From IMG/VR virus record IMGVR_UViG_3300042396_000075: DNA of 64,000 nt; one strand, given 5' to 3'. The notes below the pieces were generated by a model, which made no database searches, had not been told where the DNA came from, and saw only the letters and a list, made by a program, of their open reading frames with translations. The DNA is from an uncultured virus (IMG/VR IMGVR_UViG_3300042396_000075) (Duplodnaviria > Heunggongvirae > Uroviricota > Caudoviricetes). The translations under genes were made by a program, and so were the position numbers. Position 1 is the first letter of the stretch. Every line of letters begins with the position of its first letter. This document shows positions 29,691 to 37,265 of this stretch, piece after piece.

Positions 29691-29797
29691 TAGATTGGCA
29701 CTAGAGTACCCTCTAGAATCCCCTGCGTTCTTTCGTAGGGTATTGCTAGAGGGTAGAATTGTTCTATCCTTTCATCCTCTTTCGGAGAATAATCACT

Positions 29798-30097
29798 ATG
29801 GATAAGAATACTCTCATTACTTTCATGAATAAGGGTCGTTCTGCTGATATGGAGACTGCCGGAGCGGTGTATGATTACTTGTACTGCAAGGCTAAGAATG
29901 CTAAGCATACTACGCAGGGCATTGCATCGTCTGTCTTTGGTCAGATGAATGCTCTGTTGGTTCGTGGTGGTCATCTCGGCTTTGATCGAGATGAACGGGC
30001 TGAGTTTAATTCGTGGGTTGGTCTACCTGCTCCCGGTACTAACAAGAGCAATGCTGCTAATGAAGCATCGAATGTTCTTGCTGAGTTTGGTCTGTAA
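29798..30097 (+). CDS. First early gene, hypothetical
   Basis: ATG at 29798 after GGAG; 99 aa. Confidence 0.7.
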   Translation: MDKNTLITFMNKGRSADMETAGAVYDYLYCKAKNAKHTTQGIASSVFGQMNALLVRGGHLGFDRDERAEFNSWVGLPAPGTNKSNAANEASNVLAEFGL

Positions 30098-30115
30098 GGT
30101 ATGATCTAATCTATC

Positions 30116-30147
30116 GGATGGTAGGGGTGAAATATCTCCTATCATCC
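30116..30147 (+). promoter_or_regulatory. 12-bp intergenic hairpin (possible RNase III site or terminator)
   Basis: GGATGGTAGGGG pairs with CTCCTATCATCC, including G-U pairs. Confidence 0.45.
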
Positions 30148-30163
30148 ATTCAAGGAGGCTACT

Positions 30164-30349
30164 ATGGCTACTAAGACGATTGATACGGTTGGTCGGCAGT
30201 TACTGTTGAATGCAGGTAATTCATCTCAGGATGAACTGAAGGCATTCCAATACCTTCGGGGTATGCAATTAAATGAGAAGGCTATTATCATTGCACTCCG
30301 TAAGGTTGGAGTGTTTACTAAGATTCGTATCACGAAAGTAGGCAAGTAA
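30164..30349 (+). CDS. Early hypothetical protein
   Basis: AGGAGG RBS; TAATG coupling to the next ORF. Confidence 0.7.
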   Translation: MATKTIDTVGRQLLLNAGNSSQDELKAFQYLRGMQLNEKAIIIALRKVGVFTKIRITKVGK

Positions 30350-30558
30350 TGGAGATCATTGATTCATTCAGCGGCAAGGGCTATAAGATTGTTAAGACTC
30401 GTATTAATGACGAGGATGGTGTATGGTCTGCTAGTCGGGCAGAAGTTGGTGGTTTCTATTATGTTGTTTGGAATGATGGTCTTCGGCAGTATCGGACTGC
30501 TGAGTTAGTTCGGGCTGATATTGCGGCGATGTCTAACTCTGAGAAAATAGGTGCATAA
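30349..30558 (+). CDS. Early hypothetical protein
   Basis: Translationally coupled on both sides. Confidence 0.7.
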   Translation: MEIIDSFSGKGYKIVKTRINDEDGVWSASRAEVGGFYYVVWNDGLRQYRTAELVRADIAAMSNSEKIGA

Positions 30559-30707
30559 TGTTCAGAGTAGAATATCAGGGATCGCATGTATGCACTGGGT
30601 CATATGCTCAATGCTTGGCGTATATCCGCAATGATACGGGCATGGTCTTAGATGATGTTGAGATTGTTAGTGTAGAGTCTGGTCGTTTGATGTCGTGGTC
30701 AATCTAA
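30558..30707 (+). CDS. Early hypothetical protein (49 aa)
   Basis: TAATG-coupled; MFRVEYQGSHVCTGSYAQCL... Confidence 0.6.
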   Translation: MFRVEYQGSHVCTGSYAQCLAYIRNDTGMVLDDVEIVSVESGRLMSWSI

Positions 30708-30717
30708 AGGAGATACT

Positions 30718-30984
30718 ATGATCGTAGTAACATCGCGGAGTTTGGATGCCAATGTTAACGAGAAGTTGAGTCGTCCATTGGGTACATTCACTGATATGGT
30801 GGATGTTAAGGAAGCCCGTCTTGCGGACATGGTAACTGAATCCTTGCCCGGATGGGCTAGGGATAGCATCATGATTGATATGAGACAAGTCTCCGCTAAT
30901 CAATGGGTTAGCATATGCCACGATAAGGGTGCATGTATGCATGTTTGTCTGATTGAAGTGACGCAAGTCCTTCACTATGTCTAA
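30718..30984 (+). CDS. Early hypothetical protein
   Basis: AAGGAG RBS. Confidence 0.65.
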   Translation: MIVVTSRSLDANVNEKLSRPLGTFTDMVDVKEARLADMVTESLPGWARDSIMIDMRQVSANQWVSICHDKGACMHVCLIEVTQVLHYV

Positions 30985-30985
30985 T

Positions 30986-31203
30986 ACGGTATACCGTAGG
31001 GAAACCTATGGTATACCTTTGGTTGCTAACATCCTCCTCAATGTTAGATAGTTTGCTGACTATTAAAACGTGAACAATCAGCAAAGGTTAGTTACCGATA
31101 CTATGCTTGTCGTAGGCATACAGAATAACTATTCACTAGGTATGATAGTTGCCTAGTGAATCTATTTCCTATCACGGTATACCGTAGGGAAACCTATGGT
31201 ATA
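30986..31203 (+). repeat. Two identical 30-nt hairpins flanking a structured spacer
   Basis: ACGGTATACCGTAGGGAAACCTATGGTATA at 30986-31015 and 31174-31203. Confidence 0.9.
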
Positions 31204-31246
31204 TCTTTCGTCTGACTTACTTTCTTTCTTTAACAAGGAGAATGAT

Positions 31247-31501
31247 ATGTATAGTGGCTTTAATGCTGAGTGGGAACCGACTGTAGAGATGGAGTTTAAG
31301 AAGGGTGCTCGTATTATTGTTGAGTCATGTGTTAAAGGATTTGAGGTCTTCGCCTATAAGGGTGAGGGTTCTTATGTCATTAATGCACTAGAGTTTGATA
31401 CTCTGGAAAGTGTGTTTGAGTGGGCAAGAGAGATGTCCAATGACTCCTTTGATATTAAGTTCGAAGGGTATCTTTACTTTATTAAGAAGGAGACAGCATG
31501 A
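31247..31501 (+). CDS. Early hypothetical protein
   Basis: ATG at 31247 after AAGGAG. Confidence 0.65.
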   Translation: MYSGFNAEWEPTVEMEFKKGARIIVESCVKGFEVFAYKGEGSYVINALEFDTLESVFEWAREMSNDSFDIKFEGYLYFIKKETA

Positions 31502-31782
31502 ACGAAACAGAAGTAAAGAAGATGTTGACTGCGGCACAAGCGTACATTGTACACCTTGAGGCTGTTCAGTCTGAGTTCTCTGATAAGATTGGAGAGTTAG
31601 TCGAGGCTAATAAGAGACTTCAGGATGCTAATGCTATCTTGAAGACAGGTAATGAAGGGTTTACTAATACCCTTAAGTATTATGCCGCTACTGTGGGTAA
31701 ACTTGAGGAGTATGTTGACTCACTTAAGAAGACTATCAATAAGATGAATGGAGTTAGTAAGTGGACGGAGGTAGAAGTATGA
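31498..31782 (+). CDS. Coiled-coil early protein
   Basis: AAGGAG RBS; heptad pattern. Confidence 0.65.
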   Translation: MNETEVKKMLTAAQAYIVHLEAVQSEFSDKIGELVEANKRLQDANAILKTGNEGFTNTLKYYAATVGKLEEYVDSLKKTINKMNGVSKWTEVEV

Positions 31783-31882
31783 GTATCTTTCTACCTTGTA
31801 TTGGTGGTATGATTGGTGTGCTCATTGTAGCATGCCTACTATACTGTGTTGAAGAGAACGATAAGATTAACAAGGATACACA

Positions 31883-32982
31883 ATGAAGATGACACTTGAA
31901 GGTGATGCTGTATTGATTGTCTTGTCTCTTCTTCGGGAGAGTGTTGTTAGGTCTGCTGAAGAACTGCATCAACGCGATCCTTCTAACTATGAGAACGATC
32001 AAGAGTATGAGTTGGCTCATATGAGTGAGATCTCTCAGATTAGTGTGTTGTGTGGTGTATATGTTAAAGCGTTTATGACTATGGAATATCCGGAGAATAA
32101 ACAATGACACTATGGAATGTACTGATTATCTATGATGATAGAGATGAAATGTTACAACAAGAGTTCATGAGTCTATGGGCTGTGGATCGGTTAGATGTAA
32201 TCATCTCTATCGGTTACATCTATAGTAAGCGTAAGGATCATCTCCGTTCTGTTATCTTTGACCAACTGGAGGATTAATGCAAGAGTTAGCCCCGTATAAT
32301 GTTGTTGTCGTATACAATCCCTCTACTAAGGGGGAGGGTGAGGTGTTGATTGAATGCTCACACTTTGTATTGTCTGAGTCTACTAAACAAGTAAGTAAGG
32401 GGTTGCGTTACCTCTATAAGGATGTTCAGATCATCGCCATTATCTTTGGAGACAAGTATGAAAACCTTGAAGAAGAAGTCTAAGACTAAGAAGGTTACTA
32501 CCAGTCCGTGCCATGTGGTGCGGATGAATGGACAAGTAAAGATTATCTTTGATAGTTTACATGACGCTAAGCGTTATGCTATGACTCTTGGACTGACTTA
32601 TGCCGGAGTTAATATAGACATCTACTCTTACCCAATGGTGAACCCATGAAAGTCTATATGATTGTAGAGATCCCAGAGATTGATGATGTTGAATCACAAG
32701 AGGCAGACAATGCATTGATGATTATCACGGATGCAATGCAACACTTTCCTTATCCATATTACATTGATGAGGTAACTGCAGATGAAGTATGAGATTGTCA
32801 AGGCGTTGTATCAAGGAGAGATGTGGTATAATGTCACAGTAGATGGAGTATATGTCAATGGATTCAGAGACAAGACAGATGCCCTATCCTATGGATGGTG
32901 GTATACAAATTATGGTAAAGCCGTTGCCGATGGGGACGAAGATTATATGGGTAGGGTGCGTACTAACCTACAACAATCCTAG
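31883..32982 (+). CDS. Run of small coupled early hypothetical ORFs (e.g. 31883-32107, 32104-32277, 32277-32483, 32782-32982)
   Basis: Overlapping start/stop codons, same strand, RBS-like motifs. Confidence 0.55.
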
Positions 32983-33036
32983 ATGGTATCCGGTGTGCGC
33001 CGGGGAAACACAAAGCCTAGCACTATCGGCAACCTG

Positions 33037-33060
33037 CCGAATAGTTGGGGCTACTATAAG
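33037..33060 (+). promoter_or_regulatory. Putative phage RNAP promoter, copy 2
   Basis: CCGAATAGTTGGGGCTACTATAAG, intergenic. Confidence 0.55.
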
Positions 33061-33080
33061 TACGAAGAAAGGAACCTTGG

Positions 33081-34198
33081 ATGAGAATTAATAATCACAC
33101 TATGAATATCTATACTGAAGACTATGGTAACATTGATGTAGACTTTAGCATTGAGTGGACTATTGAGGATGGGGAATGGGAGATGGGTACTGTAGATATC
33201 AAAGACTTCTACCCTACTATAGTTGACTATGATACAATCAAAGGGTTGTTAGATAATGTTATTGAAGAGTTGAACTTTAACCCTCTTACACCTTACCGTG
33301 GTGAAGAAGATACTTACGATACCTTACCATCAGGAGCAGACTAATGTCACCGTCTACTACAATCATCTCTGATAACATTAAGTTTATTAAAGAAGTGGCT
33401 GATGTCTTTTATTATTGGATCGAAGATCCTAAGAAGAGAGATGATGCTCAGCGTATGCTGAATGACTTTGATACTATGACAGTCGATAAGTTTTATCTTA
33501 CTGAAGATGAAGAATTGTTTATTAACCAACTTGACCACCTACTGGAGACGCAATGAACACCGAACTAGATACTGCTGTTAAGACTCTCGTTGATCTGATC
33601 ACTAAGGACTTGACGGATAAGATTAATCTAATCTGTGAGCATGCTGTTACCGCATACCTTGAGAGTAGGGACTGTCAGTACCTTATCAAGGATGCTGTTA
33701 GTGAGCAAGTAACCACTCTCGTTGAAGAGCAGATCTCTGATATCTCCCTTTCAATTAGTATCGACTAATGGATATCATCACCGCATATATGATTGTCCTT
33801 CTTACTGAGAAGGGTATTGATGTGGGTGAAGTTCCAGCAGATAAGTTTGATGCATGGACTAAGAATATGCATGCTAATTTTAAATCATATGTTAGTGGCA
33901 TGATCCCTGAAGATTGGTATATCCCACCAACTTATGAATGGACTGAAGAACTACCTGATATTAATGGAGAAGAAGACTAATGGATATCCCGCTACTGATT
34001 CTTATGTTTGGATTTATTGCACATGTTGTTATCAATATTGTTAGTGACATCTTAAGTCGTAGACATTATGATACTCGACTGCATGAAGTTAATGAACGCT
34101 GTGATGGTTTGATTAAGTGGTGTCAACTATTAGACAACCAACTTAGTGGTATGCGTATGGATAACAGAACTGTCCCTCTCAAGAAGAAGAAGAAGTAA
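33081..34198 (+). CDS. Five coupled small ORFs (33081-33344, 33344-33556, 33553-33768, 33768-33980, 33980-34198)
   Basis: TAATG/ATGA coupling; mostly acidic; the last has an N-terminal TM helix. Confidence 0.65.
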
Positions 34199-34202
34199 AC
34201 AG

Positions 34203-34278
34203 AGAAGGGTGGCTGAAACGCAGTTATAGCGCACACCTTATAAGTGTGAGTATGTGGGTGCAACTCCCGCCCCTTCTA
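34203..34278 (+). tRNA. tRNA-Ile(UAU)
   Basis: Acceptor AGAAGGG/CCCTTCT; anticodon arm CACAC-CT TAT AA-GTGTG; T arm GTGGG-TGCAACT-CCCGC; no encoded CCA. Confidence 0.8.
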
Positions 34279-34291
34279 TTAAAGGAACCTT

Positions 34292-34516
34292 ATGATCTTA
34301 CCCGACTTAGATGCTAATGAAACTATCTATGAGACTGCTGATCGTATGTATGATTGGCTCCGTCTTCATGGGTTTGCTGTTACTATACTTACGCCTGATG
34401 ATTTAGAAGTTGAACCTAAACAGGATAAGATTAATAGAGAGACAGTAGAACTTGAGATGCAAGCCGCTGGTCTTAACTACATCGAATGGATTAAGGAAGG
34501 ATACTACAATGGCTGA
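34292..34516 (+). CDS. Hypothetical protein, paralogue of the next gene
   Basis: YDWLRLHGFAVTILTPDDL...MQAAGLNYI. Confidence 0.7.
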   Translation: MILPDLDANETIYETADRMYDWLRLHGFAVTILTPDDLEVEPKQDKINRETVELEMQAAGLNYIEWIKEGYYNG

Positions 34517-34787
34517 TGTCTTTGTGTACAATAAGGATGAAAGTATTGAAGAGAATGTATACCAAGCATACGCTTGGATTCGTAAGCAAGGGTATGCCGT
34601 TGCTATGTGGACACCTGAAGAGATGACATTAGATCCTAAGCATTACAAGGAGACTGATGGGTATGTTACCTTTAGGGAAGACCATCTTGAAGATGCAATG
34701 ATTACTGCGGGTTATGAATATATTACTGAGATGAAGCGTGTTCTCTCTATTGATCCTAACTATGAGGAAAATGACAATGAAGATTGA
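34509..34787 (+). CDS. Hypothetical protein, paralogue of the previous gene
   Basis: YAWIRKQGYAVAMWTPEEM...MITAGYEYI. Confidence 0.7.
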   Translation: MADVFVYNKDESIEENVYQAYAWIRKQGYAVAMWTPEEMTLDPKHYKETDGYVTFREDHLEDAMITAGYEYITEMKRVLSIDPNYEENDNED

Positions 34788-35205
34788 TATTGCTAAGCAA
34801 TGGGTTGATGCTCTTAAGTCTGGTACTTACCAACAAGGGCAAGGTAAACTCCATGCCACAGATATTAATGGAGCATGTATGTACTGCTGCCTTGGTGTAC
34901 TGTGTGATCTGTATATGCAACAGAACCCTGATGAGTTAGATGTTAAGGTTGTTACTCGTAGGTCAGATCAATTCCCTCAACACTTTCAGATGTTGAGTAT
35001 AGGTGATGACTCTATTACTGTCTATGATAATGATAGTCTTGTGTTACCATTGCGTGTTCGTGAATGGGCAGGTATGCACGATGCTCTTGGACGATTCATT
35101 GATAGTGAGTCACATGGACAAGACTCTTTGGCAGAACTAAATGATCATGGTATGTCATTCGCTAAACTTGCTGATGTTATTGAAGTGCATGTTGCTGAAC
35201 TTTAA
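34777..35205 (+). CDS. Conserved-type phage hypothetical protein
   Basis: WVDALKSGTYQQG...YCCLGVLCDL...LNDHGMSFAKLADVIE, a pattern I recognise from phage hypotheticals. Confidence 0.7.
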   Translation: MKIDIAKQWVDALKSGTYQQGQGKLHATDINGACMYCCLGVLCDLYMQQNPDELDVKVVTRRSDQFPQHFQMLSIGDDSITVYDNDSLVLPLRVREWAGMHDALGRFIDSESHGQDSLAELNDHGMSFAKLADVIEVHVAEL

Positions 35206-35211
35206 ACCACT

Positions 35212-35285
35212 GTCCTTGTATCTCAATTGGATAGAGGCATCGGTTTCTACCCGATAGGTTACTGGTTCGAGTCCAGTCAGGGACG
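35212..35285 (+). tRNA. tRNA-Arg(UCU)
   Basis: Cloverleaf; anticodon arm ATCGG-TT TCT AC-CCGAT; T loop TTCGAGT. Confidence 0.92.
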
Positions 35286-35289
35286 CTTT

Positions 35290-35340
35290 GGTAGGTGCAT
35301 ATACAATAGGCTTTGACCCTATCATGCTATGTATCCTACC
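35290..35340 (+). ncRNA. Armless tRNA-Gln(UUG)-like element
   Basis: Anticodon arm ATAGG-CT TTG AC-CCTAT on a ~12-bp outer stem; no D or T arm. Confidence 0.5.
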
Positions 35341-35343
35341 TAT

Positions 35344-35416
35344 GGCACGGTAGACCAATGGCAGAGTCTACAGACTTAAAATCTGTGTAGTGTGGGTTCG
35401 ACTCCCACCCGTGCTA
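35344..35416 (+). tRNA. tRNA-Leu(UAA) with short variable loop
   Basis: Acceptor GGCACGG/CCGTGCT; anticodon arm ACAGA-CT TAA AA-TCTGT; T loop TTCGACT. Confidence 0.88.
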
Positions 35417-35421
35417 CTATA

Positions 35422-35493
35422 GGGATTGTAGCTCAATGGTAGAGCAGTCGGCTTTTAACCGATTGGTTAAGAGTTCAAGTCTCTTCTGTCCCA
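35422..35493 (+). tRNA. tRNA-Lys(UUU)
   Basis: D arm GCTC-AATGGTA-GAGC; anticodon arm GTCGG-CT TTT AA-CCGAT; one T-T mismatch in the acceptor stem. Confidence 0.9.
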
Positions 35494-35511
35494 CTAAGAA
35501 AGGATACTATC

Positions 35512-35781
35512 ATGGTGTTTGATGCTGAGTTAGAGAAACTGATTAACGCAATTGTTATTATCGAATGGGAAGATATCTCTGGGTATGCTGACTCATGGAT
35601 GGATAAGAAAGACATCTATGATATGCACCCCCATCAGTGTATAAGTATTGCTAAACTCTATGAGTGTAATCAAGAGTACATTACTGTTGCTGCTACTTGG
35701 GATGATGTTGGTTCTATTGTATCGGATGTTAATTGCATACCGATTGGCTGTATTAAAACAATTAAGAAGGTAAAGATATGA
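35512..35781 (+). CDS. Conserved-type phage hypothetical protein
   Basis: IIEWED...W...C.S...IP.GCIK pattern; AAGGA RBS. Confidence 0.65.
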   Translation: MVFDAELEKLINAIVIIEWEDISGYADSWMDKKDIYDMHPHQCISIAKLYECNQEYITVAATWDDVGSIVSDVNCIPIGCIKTIKKVKI

Positions 35782-36080
35782 ATGAGACATTCACTAAGAC
35801 ATTAACAATTGACCAAGATAATTATACTGTGCTGCAGTTTATGCTTATTGAACCATCTCGTTTCAGTGAGCCTGAAGCGGTGTATGATGTGGTATTCTCC
35901 ATTCTCAATGTGAGAAACGGCGAAGTTGCTTCAATGAACCAGCGTATTAATATTAAGGATATTGAATCACTATGGACTATGCAATGGGATTGCAAGCGTA
36001 CTTATGAAGCAAGACAAAAGCAAATGGCTGAAGAAAGAACTCAAGCCAAAGAAGAAGTTACCTCCGTACAAGCGGACTAA
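35778..36080 (+). CDS. Hypothetical protein
   Basis: Overlaps the upstream stop; 100 aa. Confidence 0.6.
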   Translation: MNETFTKTLTIDQDNYTVLQFMLIEPSRFSEPEAVYDVVFSILNVRNGEVASMNQRINIKDIESLWTMQWDCKRTYEARQKQMAEERTQAKEEVTSVQAD

Positions 36081-36134
36081 GATACGGCATCTTGATACAC
36101 AAGACCGTGATGAAGAGAACCCTAAAGGAAACTA

Positions 36135-37115
36135 ATGGCACATAACATTACAGATACTGATGGTGCAGTCTATAGTAAGACTGCCGCATGGCATGGACTT
36201 GGCTTGGTTATTCAGGAAGATATGTCACCTACTGAGGCAATGAAAATTGCTGGTCTTGATTGGACTGTTAGTAAGGTCGGTCCAGTAACCGCAGGTGATG
36301 CTACCTCTGATGACTACAATGCTATTGTTCGTAGTGACAACAATGCTATCTTGTCTATTCAATCACCTGACTATCAGATCGTACAGAATAGTGAAGTCTT
36401 TGAGATGGCATACAATCTTGGTGCTGACATTAAGATTGAGTCTGCTCTAAGTATGGGTGGTGGTAAGCGTTTGGTTGTCTTGTGTAAGACAGGTGAGATT
36501 GATGGTGTCAATGGACATGATCCTATCGCACAGTATATGGCACTCATTAACAGTCATGATGGTACTCTTGCTGAGCAAGCACTACCTACTACTGTTCGTA
36601 TCGTATGTCAGAATACATTGAGCATGGCTATGGCAGGTGGTAAGAAGTCCTTCCGTATTGTACACTCAGGTGACATGAAGAAGAAGCGTGAGGCTATGGC
36701 ATCAGCCCTTAAGTTCTACGCTATGTCCGGTAAACTCTTTGAAGATAAGGTACAAACTCTTGTTCGTAAGGAACTTACTAAGTCAGAGATCCAGAAGTTC
36801 TGGTTGGATGTATGGGGTATGGTTGAAGAGCCAGTTGTGGCTAATCCAACACTACCCGATGACTATGAGAACTATCTCCGCGCTACTGTAACTATCCGCA
36901 AGTGGGCTGATACCTTTGATGCTGAACGGGCTGAGTTAAATGGATGTAGTGCTAACCTTTGGCTTGCTGCTAATGCAGTAACTAAGGAACTTCAGCATCG
37001 TATCCCTGCTCGTGGTCGTAAGCCATCGTTTGAATCGTCTGCCTTTAGTAATCTGCTTGGTAAGAATCAAGAGACTACTCTTGATGTTATGAAGTTTGCA
37101 CTCACCCTTGTATAA
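36135..37115 (+). CDS. DUF932-family protein
   Basis: AWHGLG...AGLDWTV, YQIVQN, NSHDG, TTVRIVCQNTL motifs. Confidence 0.9.
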   Translation: MAHNITDTDGAVYSKTAAWHGLGLVIQEDMSPTEAMKIAGLDWTVSKVGPVTAGDATSDDYNAIVRSDNNAILSIQSPDYQIVQNSEVFEMAYNLGADIKIESALSMGGGKRLVVLCKTGEIDGVNGHDPIAQYMALINSHDGTLAEQALPTTVRIVCQNTLSMAMAGGKKSFRIVHSGDMKKKREAMASALKFYAMSGKLFEDKVQTLVRKELTKSEIQKFWLDVWGMVEEPVVANPTLPDDYENYLRATVTIRKWADTFDAERAELNGCSANLWLAANAVTKELQHRIPARGRKPSFESSAFSNLLGKNQETTLDVMKFALTLV

Positions 37116-37124
37116 GGAAACACT

Positions 37125-37238
37125 ATGAAAATCACACTCGAAACCGCCGTTATTAAGTCCGCAATCTTTATCGCAAAGGTAGTTGTCTTTTGTATTATCT
37201 TTAATTCTCTGTGCTTCTACCATAAACTTGGATTCTAA
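37125..37238 (+). CDS. Small hydrophobic peptide (37 aa)
   Basis: AAGGA RBS; one TM-like helix. Confidence 0.45.
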   Translation: MKITLETAVIKSAIFIAKVVVFCIIFNSLCFYHKLGF

Positions 37239-37265
37239 AGGAAACATTAATAACTAAGGAGATAC

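Noticed and set aside
30986..31203. CRISPR mini-array
   Set aside because: Only two repeats, a ~158-nt spacer and no cas genes
32843..33091. 82-aa + strand ORF
   Set aside because: Overlaps a better ORF and crosses a hairpin and promoter-motif gap
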